Source of the DNA: Octopus sinensis
Lineage: Eukaryota
Assembly: GCF_006345805.1 (NCBI RefSeq)
Contig: NC_042999.1
Span: forward strand, 32,364,001 to 32,428,000
Length of the DNA: 64,000 nt
Reading direction: 5' to 3'
The position numbers and the translations under genes are program-made. Positions 40,421 to 52,448 of this stretch are shown piece by piece. Every line of letters begins with the position of its first letter. Within the stretch, counting starts at the first letter, position 1. A model generated the notes under the pieces. It saw only the letters and a list, made by a program, of their open reading frames with translations. It was not told the DNA's origin and searched no databases.

Positions 40421-42359
40421 AATAATCTTAATAATAGCCGCAATAATAACAATATCTACCTAAGCTGCTACTGAATTTTGTATACGAAGTCTATTGAGAG
40501 CAGATTTAAATAATTCTCAACATACAGCATAATACCTAATGTTCATTTTATAAGTTATATTTTCAGATCTTTAAAAACACATTAATCATAATAAAAATTA
40601 ATACTTTACTGTCAAGTTTATTTTTATCCTCTTGTCAGTTTGCATATTTATTTATTCTTGATATCAAATATTATTTGGAAAATATTTTTTTAATGTTATA
40701 TATTCTTAGGCAAGTATAAAGCAAACACAAATAAACTAAAATGATAAACTAGAAAACAGCAAACTATAAAAAGCAAAAAAGTACAGTCAACAAAGTCTAT
40801 ACAATATTAAATGCTTTCTTTTTGTTTTTGCCAATTTTGTATTTCTTTTTATTAATTTAAATAGCGGCACAGTATTAGAGGTTTATAATTTTTAATTAAA
40901 TAAGACATCAGAAAAATATTTTCGAATCATATCTTGATACTACTGTGCTGAATTATTTTGATTTTACTTTTAATATGAAAATGAATAAATTCTATTTATA
41001 TACAGTAAAATATAAGAATGGAAAATTTAACTTAGCAATTATACTTACATACTGTATATTTGCTTTGTTCTTTTGACTGGCGTTTAATTATAAGAGAACT
41101 GTTATAGATTTTACCTTCAGTAACGAACTGTATTCGTTCCTTAGAAAAGTATTAGTAATAATAAATACTATTAAACTTCGTACGATTTATCTTATGGGCA
41201 CAATTCAGACTATGGTAAAGGTAGGTATATGAAATGAGAAGACAATCGTCCATGGCGGATTAGATTCAGTAGAATTAATGTATTATAGTGAAAAATACCT
41301 CAGTAGCAGAATGTAATGTTCCTTAAGTCAAATTATTTACCCTGTGCAAATGACAATAGCAAACATTCGCCCTACTTTGAAGACTTTATACAAATAGCTG
41401 ATGTGTAAAAGTGAAGAAACTCACATGTCGACCGTAGTATTTCGTCTTATACAAAATGGTACCACTTTTTTGCGTAATGTACAAATATATGAAGAGACGA
41501 ATTAAAGATGAGGGGTTGAAGATTGGTAAAACGGAGAATATTTGTAAAGTTTACTGGAGTTGTTAATTGTGTGAGTCAAACATATATGAATGTGTACAGA
41601 GACGAAGTACTGTTAGAAAGAAGTTATTAGGTGAATAAAAAGGATAATATTGGAGTTATATGTTCAGGTTCGTGAAGTGGAATGATGTGCAGATAAAAAT
41701 GGAGGGGTGAAATATGGTAATATGGAAATTAATAGAAAATTAATTCTTGCGATTATCTGAGGTATATGCTGCTACTGATGGAGGTATGTACACATTTATG
41801 ATGAGTGTATAGAAATGAAGAAGGGATGCAAAGCAATAATAAAGAAATAAGGTGAGGCTAAAAGTTGTGTTTCCAAAAAATTTATGTCTCAAACAAATAC
41901 GATGAAAATATATTTTAAAGGAACGGCGAAAAGTTGTAATCTGCTGAAATTTGTGAGAGAAAGAACTTGTTAGTTAGCGGGGTGGACGCTGTGCGAAATA
42001 CTCCGCTTACTTAAGGAATAATGGTCCAAAATTTATTTCGTCATGTCATGATTTATTTGCTTAGGTCCTGCTATTTCTTAATTTCTTTGGCTTTCAATCC
42101 ATTACTTTATGGTATTATAAAACTTGTGATCTTTTCTGGCCTACATCGCTAGATAGTCATTATATGGAGGTCCCATAAACCTGTAAGCATATTTCTGACC
42201 AAGCTTTGTTGAATAATAATTTGCACATACTACTCATTTGTCATTTTGCATCAACACTCAAGGCTAAGCCTTTCTTGTAGAGTTTTACCGACGTACTCAT
42301 GCATGCGCTTATACAGCCTTTGTGTTACCTTATTTCACATGAAAGATTGTTAATACTAA

Positions 42360-43180
42360 CGCATTGGGGTCGCTATAATTGACTTAATACGTTTGTCTGT
42401 CCTTGTTTATCCTCTCTGTATTTAGCCTCTTGTGGGTAGTAAAGAAATAGGTATTTTATCAGCCGTTGCGTTGTGAGTTCAAATTCCGCCAAAGGCTAAT
42501 TTGCCTTTCAACCTTTCGGGGTCGAAAAAGTAAGTACCATTTATGCACTGGGGTCGATATAATCTTTTTTAATCCATTTGTCTGTCCTTGTCTGTCCCCT
42601 CTGTGTTTAGCCCCTTGTGAAATAGGTATTTCGTCTGCCGTTACGTTGTGAGTTCAAATTTCTCCGAGGTCGAATTTGCCTTTCATACTTTCGGGGTCGA
42701 TAAAGTAAGTACCAGTTACGCACTGTGGTCGATATATCGACTTAATCTCTTTGTCTGTCCTTGTTTGTCACCTCTGTGTTTAGCTCCTTATGGGTAGTAA
42801 AGAAATAGGTATTTCGTCTGCCATTACGTTGTGAATTCAAATTCCACCGAGGTCGACTTTGCCTTTCATCCTTTCGGGGTAGATAAATTATGTACCAGTT
42901 ACGCACTGGGGTCGATATAATCGACCTAATCTCTTTGTCTGTCCTTGTTTTTCCCCTCTATGTGTAGCCCCTTGTAGGCAATAAAGAAATAAGAAGCGTT
43001 AGCACACCGGGAAAAATGCTGAGTGGTATTTCGTCTGTTATGTTCTGAGTTCAAATTCCCCGTTTCATACTTTTGGGGTCAATAAATTAAATACCAGTGG
43101 TGTACTGGGGAGGGATCGATCTAACCTACTGGTCTCCTTCCCAAAAAATTTGGGCTTTGTGCCTAGAGTAGAAAATAATG
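42360..43180 (+). mobile_element. Head-to-tail array of family 2 SINE units (~183-bp period)
   Basis: Partial unit, three units starting GGTATTT at 42450, 42625 and 42808, then an older-variant SINE from ~42992. Confidence 0.9.
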
Positions 43181-43720
43181 CTCCTTATATTGAATTTTGC
43201 TTTAAGCATCCTCAGAAATCTTCTATATTCGCTGTAGATTTTTTCTATAATTTATCTTTCCATTACATTATCATCCATTTTGCCCGTTTATTGTTCTGAG
43301 CACAAATACTACCTAGGTGGACTTTATCTTTCATTCTTACGGCGTCGAAAGAATTAGTAGCAGTCGGTTACTGGAGTCGATGTAAACGGCTATCCTCCTG
43401 CTCTCCGAATCTCTGGCCTTAAATGCTATAATAGAAAGGATAACTTCTGTTGAATTTTATCAAGAGTTTCTACCTGAAAATAGTTCAAATACAATTCAGT
43501 ATCTTCTATTTTCAGATTCCCAGTGTGTGGCGGGTTCTATCTGCTTTAACATATTTCCTTTCAATCAGGCTCATAAAGTTCTGCATTAACTGAAGACGGG
43601 AGTTCTAAACATGTAGCTACAAGTTAAATGTTTTCAAAACTCAACAAAATAATCGGCTTCTTTGTGAATTTTATCTGACACCTACCACACTCATCATCCC
43701 CTTCCTCCTCCCATCATCAT

Positions 43721-43756
<36 letters not shown>

Positions 43757-43808
43757 ATAATAATAATAAATAATAATAATAATAAATAATAATAATAATA
43801 ATAATAAT

Positions 43809-44098
43809 TTGCTGCATAACTCAGATACCAGGAAACCCCAAAATGGCAGGAATTCAAAAGACAGTGCTCATGGAAACTGCTTATATCCTACGCAAAATAC
43901 TTTCTTTGTAATCTCAAGTTTTAAAACAAACATAATTTTCGTATGGTTTTTAGGCATTCAGTAGTACAACACTAAGTGCAAAACCAAATATATGGTACCC
44001 TAGGCATAACACCAACATGAGCTTCCAACTTGTTGTCTCTTGAGGTCTCTGGGTGAGACTTGGGGTCAGCTTGTGCAAATGTAAAGCAAAGGTCAAAC

Positions 44099-44100
<2 letters not shown>
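43809..44100 (+). mobile_element. 5'-truncated R4/Dong LINE, lineage B
   Basis: ITQIPGNPKMAGIQKTVLMETAYILRKILSL* followed by the 3'UTR; (TAA)n on both sides. Confidence 0.9.
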
Positions 44101-44151
<51 letters not shown>

Positions 44152-44166
44152 TAATAATAATAATAA

Positions 44167-44243
44167 TATCACCATCACAGTAGTGTCTGTCTGAACTACC
44201 AAGCAAGCCAACGAGACAGACAGACACTACTGTGATGGTGATA
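44167..44243. other. Perfect 27-bp inverted repeat with 23-nt loop
   Basis: 44167-44193 TATCACCATCACAGTAGTGTCTGTCTG is the exact reverse complement of 44217-44243. Confidence 0.95.
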
Positions 44244-44413
44244 ATGATAAAAAAAACAAAAATTACAATAATAAGATACTGCTGTGACTACACATAAAAC
44301 AATATCATTGATGATGATGGTGGTGATGGTGATGGTGATGATGATAATGATGATGGTAATGGTGGTGATAATGATGATAGTGATGGTAATGGTGATGATA
44401 ATAACAATAATAA

Positions 44414-47400
44414 GCCGACTACGGCTGCTATAATGGTACGATTATAATTGTAACGGCAATGATGGCCGTCTCCCCACGAGCCAATCAAAGCTAAAAAATG
44501 ATAACATTATCGTAGCACCAAAATGTTTTTGGAAACTAAAAGGAAAACTAAATCAGTATACCAAATCGCTTGTCCTATGATTAATCTGGAAGCGAGTCCC
44601 CCAGGGAAGAGCCAGCCTGGGATCAAAAAGTCATCAACTGGCACAAACTCTTCTCCGAATACGGACATGGATGGTCACTTGAACGGGAAATCCCCCAACT
44701 CGAGCCCTCCAAGTTCACCACCACAACCACCACAGAAAGAAAAATGTAAGCGGAACAAATGGACCCGAGAAGAGTATAAAGAAGTAATATACGCTTATTA
44801 CTATGCATTAGGTAGGCCATCTCAAGAGAGATACACCGCAAACTCTTACAGTATATGGAGAACACGGAATCAAGACAGTAGGCCCTATTTGGACGAGAAC
44901 AAATTAGCAAATGTGAGGAGGGATATCTTTAGAAATAACAGACTCACAGACAGTGAAATAAGCGCGATTAAGCACGCAACGGAAAATGACATAAATATAA
45001 GACACAAAGGAAATGAAGAATCAGATGAACAGTATAGCCCGCCACGAGGCTTAATTGAAAGACTGCCATCTGACCAAAGTACGCAAAGGCCTGAAGATAC
45101 AAGAAATTCTATTGTACCTGTTAAAGATAGCCAGGAAAACGAAAAAACAACAGTAACTGAAGATCTCGCATTTGCTGAAGAACACAGAGAGTCTATGGCA
45201 GAAATGAGGCAGAAAATCCTGAATACGCTTGAAGTTGTAAGACATACAAGTATGAATGATAGAGAACCGCTTCATAAACTCTCAAATACAAACCAAAATA
45301 AAAAACAAATCCAAATTGGCAACTATGTAACAAATGAAATAATACGAGAATTAAAACCTGATTTTACTGAGTTAAATGAAATTATTTACGCTTCTGCTAG
45401 GGCAATTGAAACCAGCTGTATGCCCCCGAAAAAACAAAGAAAACAAAACCTGGGAAGAAATCAAACCTGGAGAAGTAAAATTGAAAAAGTGATTGAATTT
45501 ATGAGAGGGGAAATATCAATATTAAATGAACTAATATGTGGAAATGATGTAAGATCCAGAACAGGAAGAAAGATGAAGAGAAAATTTGGATCCTCACCAA
45601 GAGAAGAACTGATATCAATAAAAGAAACGCTGAAACAAAAAGTCCAAGCAAAAGCCCAAAGAATACGAAGATTTGAGAAGAGAAACAAGTTTTACAAGCA
45701 AAATGAGCTGTTCACATCCAATGCCAAAACATTCTACAGAGAAATAGGGAAGGAGAAAGTAACCGTTAAAGACCCCCCTCCCATGGAAGAAGTTCAAAAC
45801 TTTTGGAAAAGGATTTGGAGTGACAAGAAGACGTACAACATAAATGCAGACTGGATTATACAAACTGAAGGATCCTACCAAAATTTACAACAACAAGCAT
45901 GGGAAGACATCACAATAGCAGACCTAAGAAAGGCACTCACGAAGGCCCATAATTGGAAATCCCCCGGTAAAGATAGGGTGCCGAATTTCTGGCTCGCATC
46001 GCTCCCGTGCGCACACGGTAAGCTAGTTCAGCTGCTCAATGGAATTATGAGAGACCCAAAGAAAACACCTGAATGGTTAGCAAGTGGCATTAATTACCTA
46101 CTCCCAAAGAATAACGAAACCAACCTTCCAAAAAACTATCGGCCTATAACCTGTCTATCCACCACGTATAAAATCCTAACATCTATCCTAGCGGAGAAAA
46201 CATATGCATTCATGGAGAAGAACGATATTTTCCCCATTGAACAAAAAGGGTGCCGCCGAGGCTCTTACGGATGCAAAGATCAACTACTAATCAATCGTAT
46301 GATCCTTGAGAACTGTCACAACAAGCGCAGAAATCTCAGCACCGCATGGATTGACTATAAAAAGGCCTTCGACAGTATACCGCATCCATGGATCTTGAGA
46401 TCGCTGGACATCTTCAAAATTTCCCCTGTGATTTCAAACTTCCTGAAGCACAATATGTCGTTGTGGAATACGAATCTCCAATTATACCACTCTAATGGAG
46501 TACTTGCCTCAGAAAATATAAACATCAACTGTGGAATTTTTCAAGGTAACTCACTTTCACCTTTAATATTCTGCATAGCCCTAATACCCCTTACATGTGA
46601 ATTAAACAGAACAGGGTATGGGTATAAAATTGCCAATAAAAAATGAAGCCATCTATTTTATATGGATGACTTAAAACTTTATGGTAAAGACAATAATGAA
46701 CTTGAAGGCTTATTGCGCACCGTGAAAGCATTCAGCGATGACATCGGGATGGAGTTTGGACTTGAGAAGTGTGCCAAGGCCACTTTCCAGAAAGGGAAAG
46801 TGAAGACCACAAATTCAGTCGTGTTAGATGTTGACACAGTCATAAGAGAGCTTGAGCAAGAACAAACATACAAATATTTAGGGATAAATGAAGGCTCTGG
46901 TATTCAGCATGCAAGCATGAAAGAGAAAATCAGGAAGGAATGTTATAGGAGAGTTCGTGCAGTCCTGAAATCTGAACTAAATGCACGTAACAAGGTGTTA
47001 GCTATATATTCCCTAGCAGTTCCAGTTGTTACTTATAGCTACAATGTGTTGAACTGGAATATGAGTGAAGTAAAGAATATAGATAGAAAAATACGCAAGC
47101 TGCTGAGTTGTAATAGGATGCACCACCCAAAGGCAGACGTAGATCGCCTTTACCTTCCCAGAGCCCAAGGAGGTCGAGACCTGATCCAATTTGAACTAGC
47201 TTACAAAACAACCACAATTGGACTGGCCAAATATCTCGAAATATCGAATGACTGGATGCTAAAGCTCGTGGAAAATCATGAGAGACGAAAGAAGCTTCAT
47301 TCTATCATCAAGGAAAGCAAAAAATTTGCTATTGATCTCGTGCAGGATACCCAAACTGAACAATCCGAGGGAAGTACGGCAACTATTGTTGCAAAGAAGG

Positions 47401-48387
47401 TGAAAATGATGGCAATGAAAAATGCGCACGAGCAATTGGCTGATAGGTGGGAGGAGAAACCTCTGCACGGCAAATATGTGACCCGCAGCAAACAAGCTGA
47501 TGTTGACCAGAAGCAAACCCATCAGTGGCTGCGGAGCTCAGGGCTAAAAGCAGAGAGCGAAGGTTTCATCCTGGCTGCTCAAGACCAAAGCCTATCAACC
47601 GGAACTACCAGGCCAATGTGATGAAAAATGGAGCAGACCCAAAATGCCGATTCTGCAACGACATGATTGAAACAGTGGACCACCTAATCTCTGGATGTAA
47701 AGTCTTAGCTCCAGTGGAGTATAAATTAAGACATGACAGAGTTGGCCAATATCTACACTGGCTAATAAGTCGGCATTACAATATCAAAACTGCCGACACG
47801 TGGTATAATCACCACCCTGAGGCTGTAACTGAAGGAGAAAATGTAACCATTCTGTGGGACTTTCCAGTACATACAGACCGAACCATCAAGGCCAATAAAC
47901 CAGATATTGTTGTGAAAGACCAAAACAATAAAGTTTGCTTATTGATCGACATGAGCATCCCCTGTGATCATAATATCTCAGCGAAAGAGTTTGACAAGCT
48001 CAGAAAATATAAAGACCTACTCATTGAAATTGAGAAAATGTGGCATCTCAAGGCGGTTACAATACCAGTGATCGTAGGAGCACTAGGAATGATCAAGAAG
48101 GGAACCGAAAATTATATGAGAATTATCCCTGGCTTACCATCCCTGCAAGAAGTGCAAAAGATTGTCTTAACTGGTACATCACACGTATTGAGAAGAGCAT
48201 TGTCGATGTGAGAACTGTTGCTGCTCATGTATTTAAATTTAACTTTAAAAAAAAAAAAAAAAAAAAATTAACGAACTACTGAGTTTGGTTTAATGGCCTA
48301 CCAATATACACTATGAGTTTATTTGCCCTAGGAGTCGGGAAGACACTCGGCAAGAAATGGAAGAAAATTTGAAAGAAGAAAAAAAAA

Positions 48388-48388
<1 letters not shown>
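44414..48388 (+). mobile_element. Near full-length R4/Dong-clade non-LTR retrotransposon (RLE type) in a TAA-type microsatellite
   Basis: ~110-nt 5'UTR, single interrupted ORF, ~180-nt 3'UTR and (TAA)n tail; upstream degenerate (GAT/AAT)n tract. Confidence 0.95.
44523..48211 (+). pseudogene. Dong/R4 polyprotein (Myb-like N-terminus, RT, CCHC, restriction-like endonuclease), ~1229 aa if repaired
   Basis: KWTREEYKEV..NKLANVRRDI (Myb-like); WKSPGKD, YRPITCL, EQKG, WIDYKKAFDS, FQGNSLSP, YMDD (RT); CRFC..H..C knuckle, RHD, KPD..D..K (RLE). In-frame TGA at 46644-46646 and a 1-nt deletion at ~47600. Confidence 0.95.
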
Positions 48389-48424
<36 letters not shown>

Positions 48425-48443
48425 CAACAACAACAAAAGCAGC

Positions 48444-48764
48444 AATGCTCTAAAGCAGTACCAGACAGTGGCTGACATGGCTTCTGATCTTAAATGACTG
48501 GAAATGTTATGTATTTGTTTTCTCATTTGCTTTACATTAAAAAGATGAGCATGTCATTTATTGGCTGACGATATGTGCGTTTCTGATCATGGTTAGAAGT
48601 TCATGCGCTGTTTATCTTGATATGAGATAACCATGTCGTGCACATGTGGCTGTGATGTATGTTCCTGGTGTAACCTTATCAGACGGGTAGTTATGTTGGG
48701 TATACTGGGCTTCCTATATTTTACCCCAGCATCACTTTGATGTCATGCACAGTTATCTCCCGCC
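48444..48764 (+). mobile_element. Element A, internally deleted and diverged copy
   Basis: Retains both ends of element A (GCAGTACCAGACAGTGGC.. and ..TTTTACCCCAGCATCACTTTGATG) with middle deletions. Confidence 0.8.
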
Positions 48765-48847
48765 ATAAGAACAACAACAACTGCAACGACAGCAATAATA
48801 GTAATGATAATAATAATAATAACAATAACAATAGCAATAATAATAAT

Positions 48848-48883
<36 letters not shown>

Positions 48884-48884
<1 letters not shown>

Positions 48885-49069
48885 TTTTAAAACAAACATA
48901 ATTTTCGTATGATTCTTTAGGCATTCACTAGTACAACACTAAGTACAAAACCAAATATATGGCACTCTAGGCATAACAACAACACGAACATCCAGCATGT
49001 TGTCTCTTGAGTTCTCTGGGTGAGACTTGGAGCCAACTTGTAAAAATATAAAGTAAAAGTCAAACATAG
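48884..49069 (+). mobile_element. R4/Dong lineage B 3'UTR fragment
   Basis: Colinear with 43915-44100; (TAA)n on both sides. Confidence 0.88.
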
Positions 49070-49076
49070 AATAATA

Positions 49077-49155
<79 letters not shown>

Positions 49156-49160
49156 TAATA

Positions 49161-49717
49161 AATGCCCTGATGCCGTACCAGGCAATGGCTCTCATGGCTT
49201 CTGATCTTAACTGATTGGAAGTGTTATCATGTACATTGTTTTGTCTTGGTATAAAAGATGGGCTACAGCAAATATTCTGCTCAATACCATAGATTTGCTT
49301 GTCAGTTGTTTGACCTTAACCAGTTGAGCATGTCCCTTAGTGGCTGACGATATGTGCATCTCTGATCACGAGCAGAAGTAGTGGGGGAGCATCATAGCCA
49401 TGTGTTGAGAGGGATTCTTTGGGGTTTGAATGATTCACCTCTGGAAACATGGGTGGTTCTTTCAACATCCTTAAACAACCCTTATTCAGGGACCACTTGA
49501 GCGGGATGGGCTACTCAACCTGAAGAAAATTCTAACTGGGCCCCACCTGCAAGGTCATGAGCTGTTTATCTTGATATAAGATCACCATGTCGCGCACATA
49601 TGGTTGTGATGCATGTGCCTGGTGTGCCCTTATCAGACGGGTAGTCATGATGGGTATATTGGGCTTCGTATATTTTACCCCAGTGTCACTTTGATGGCAT
49701 GAACTGCTCTCTCACTC
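49161..49717 (+). mobile_element. Element A, full-length reference copy (~557 bp)
   Basis: Flanked by (TAA)n; no tRNA A/B boxes or Dong coding similarity recognised; three other copies in the window. Confidence 0.9.
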
Positions 49718-49726
49718 AATAATAAC

Positions 49727-49759
<33 letters not shown>

Positions 49760-49760
<1 letters not shown>

Positions 49761-50040
49761 GAGGAAGAAGAAGAAGAAGAAGAAGAATAAGAAGAAGAAG
49801 AAAAAGAAGAAGAAGAAGACGAAGAAGAAAGAAGAAGAAAAAAAGAAGAAGAAGAAGAAGACGAAGAAGAAGAAGAAGAAGAAGAAGAAGAAGAAGAAGA
49901 AGAAGAAGAAGAAGAAGAAGAAGAAGAAGAAGAAGAAGAAGAAGAAGAAGAAGAAGAAGAAGAAGAAGAAGAAGAAGAAGAAGAAGAAGAAGAAAGAAGA
50001 AGAAGAAGAAGAAGAAGAAGAAGAAGAAGAAGAAGAAGAA
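49760..50040 (+). repeat. (GAA)n microsatellite, ~280 bp
   Basis: Near-pure GAA tract directly after the TAA tail of element A. Confidence 0.95.
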
Positions 50041-50709
50041 ATACGCCAGCAACAGTAAATTAAGGGATGTATGTGAATATATCTGACCAGAAATTCACTG
50101 GTACTATATTTTTTCGGTCATAGAATAATCCAAATATGGACTTTTATAGCTGCTTATCATCAGCTTTTGCCCGTTAGAAATCAAGAACCCAGTATGCTTA
50201 AGAACGGAGTTGATCCCTACTTACTGTTTTACTTAACAACCTCACCACAGGTTACTCTGTGTACGCCTGAATCATATGCCATCATTCGACACTCCCATAT
50301 GAGAAAAGCCCAGACGTGACCATAAATCTGAAGAGATTTGTTGGCAATTGAGGCTTTATCATTGTTTGTAATATTAGTAATCAAAGTATCTTAGCTATTT
50401 ATGATAATATGCCAGATATTCTGTTAACGAAATCACATCGATAAGACATGTTCGAACATAGATATATAAATCGTTCTGGCATTGACATATATTACAACTC
50501 CTCGGTTAGAAACGTTAGGTAAATATAAGGACCACAAGGCAGAAATCAGCAAATGTGATATCTAAAGGAAGGCAACTGTGATTCTGATATTCGGAATTTT
50601 CGGAATACTAGCTAAAGGCAATATCATATATTATGGCCAAATACCACAAAACCGACGCATCGGAACTACAAGAGAAATTTCTCCTATATATATATATATA
50701 TATATATTA

Positions 50710-51390
50710 AGGTATGTAGAAAAATACAACATGGACAAGAACGTATAACTCATAGAAGACGATACAATAAACATGGACAGGACATTCGAACCCCTCAGTC
50801 TTCAGTCAAGAACCGGATCATCGTAGTAATTTCGGCTGATTAATCTTGAGATTACTAGATCACGGCCAGCCCTCCAAGAAAAACTAAGCTGGAAGCGTAG
50901 ATTTCCTGGAAGAAGGATCGAATGCATACGAACACCAGGACAGCAAAAGGGACAGATATAAAAAAAACAAAAAACAATAATGGAATACAGAACATGAAAT
51001 ACAGAAGCATTAACGGTGAAAACAACAAGTGTCTTACGACTGATAACAAGCAAACAAATTTTTTCTCTGGCGCATTGGAAAAAGCCTTTATAGCGGCGGA
51101 CGAAGAACAACGATGTTAACACGACGAGGGTCAGGAGCTGAAAGGCAGATTTCGGCCAACAGTCACGTGACAGAGAAGAGGGAAAAGAAAAGAAAGAGAG
51201 AGAGAGAAAAGGGGGACAAAACGCAACAAAGAGAGAGAAGAGAGAGAAAGAAGGAATCAGAGAGGAGAAGGGATGGGTGTCGAAGAATGACCTGTGAGTG
51301 CAGAGCGAGACAAAGAAATAGGAGGGTAGTGGAAGACTAGACCAAAGGATCAGAGGAAAGAGAAGATGAATAGAGAGAAAGTAAAAATGA
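50710..51390. repeat. Unclassified interspersed repeat between (AT)n and (GA)/(TG)n tracts, possibly Penelope-related
   Basis: Layout resembles the other (AT)n-embedded elements; only a broken hammerhead-like motif on the minus strand. Confidence 0.35.
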
Positions 51391-51403
51391 GAGAGAGAGA
51401 GAG

Positions 51404-51452
<49 letters not shown>

Positions 51453-51802
51453 TGTGTGTGCATGTGTGTGTGTGTGTATGTATGTACGTATGTATGTATG
51501 CATGTATGTATATGAGTTTGTGTGTGTGTGTGTGTGTATTTCGTCCACATCCTAAAAACACAGTCGGCTTGAAAACATCTGACTCTGAAAAAATTTCGAA
51601 AACACAATGCTAACTAAGGCTTATCGAAATATTAATTGTCTGTAATTAGTCTCCTTCCCGGATATAAATGAATGCTACTCATATACAGATGCACTGGAAA
51701 AGCATCCAAGCTTGCTTGCAATTAGGCGCTGCGTTACAACTTAAATAGCTCGTGTAAAGGAAAGCAAGAATAAACAATAGAATGACGATGATAGTAATAA
51801 TA

Positions 51803-52002
51803 TTTCCTACCATAGGCACAAGTCTGAAATTTTGGTTGCATAGCTCTTATAGCACATCGACACCAGTATTCAAGAGTAATTATTTTATCGACCGCGAAGT
51901 GATGAATGTCAAAGTCGGCCGTGTGGAGTTTGAGCTCAGAATGCACCGACAGGTAATGCAGCTAAGCACTTCTACCGACGCGATAACGATTCTAGCAACC
52001 TT
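51803..52002 (-). mobile_element. Degenerate family 2 SINE (older variant)
   Basis: CATAGGCACAAG tail and AGTTTGAGCTCAGAATG B-box region; TAA-like flanks. Confidence 0.65.
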
Positions 52003-52204
52003 AATATTTAATACCAATAGTAATAACAAAAATAAATAACAATAATTACACAATAAAGCACCTATAGTGAAACGCCTACTGATTTCTAAAATTAGAAACA
52101 CATTTAGTTTGGCAAATGTACCACCAGATTAACGTTAAATACTTGAATTAATCCATACATATTTACATCCAGATGCACAGATAAAAGGATATATGTCTAT
52201 CTAT

Positions 52205-52256
<52 letters not shown>

Positions 52257-52417
52257 TTATCTGTTGATTTTCGTAGTTTTTTTATCTATCTATTTATTTA
52301 CGTTTCTCTTTCTGTAGATATATATACATATACATATATATATATATGTGTGTGTGTGTGTGTATGTGTGATTGTGTGTGTGAGTATGTGTATCTATATG
52401 TATATATATATATATAC

Positions 52418-52448
<31 letters not shown>

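Noticed and set aside
42360-43180. Regularly spaced repeats resembling a CRISPR array
   Set aside because: The units are ~183-bp SINE bodies with no unique spacers, in eukaryotic context with no cas genes.
44414-44522. HDV-like ribozyme in the Dong 5'UTR (GCUAA motif present)
   Set aside because: Could not build P1, P1.1 and P2 consistently; only a simple hairpin (GAUGGC-CGU..ACG-A-GCCA) is supported. An Infernal or RNArobo search would settle it.
49161-49500. Ribozyme in element A (CUGAUGC near the 5' end; GAAAC hairpin)
   Set aside because: The core is non-canonical and the pieces do not assemble into hammerhead or HDV topology by eye.
50775-50812. Minus-strand CUGAAGA ... UUCGAAUGUC hammerhead-like motif
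   Set aside because: No stem I or stem II pairing and one core A is missing; at best a decayed remnant.
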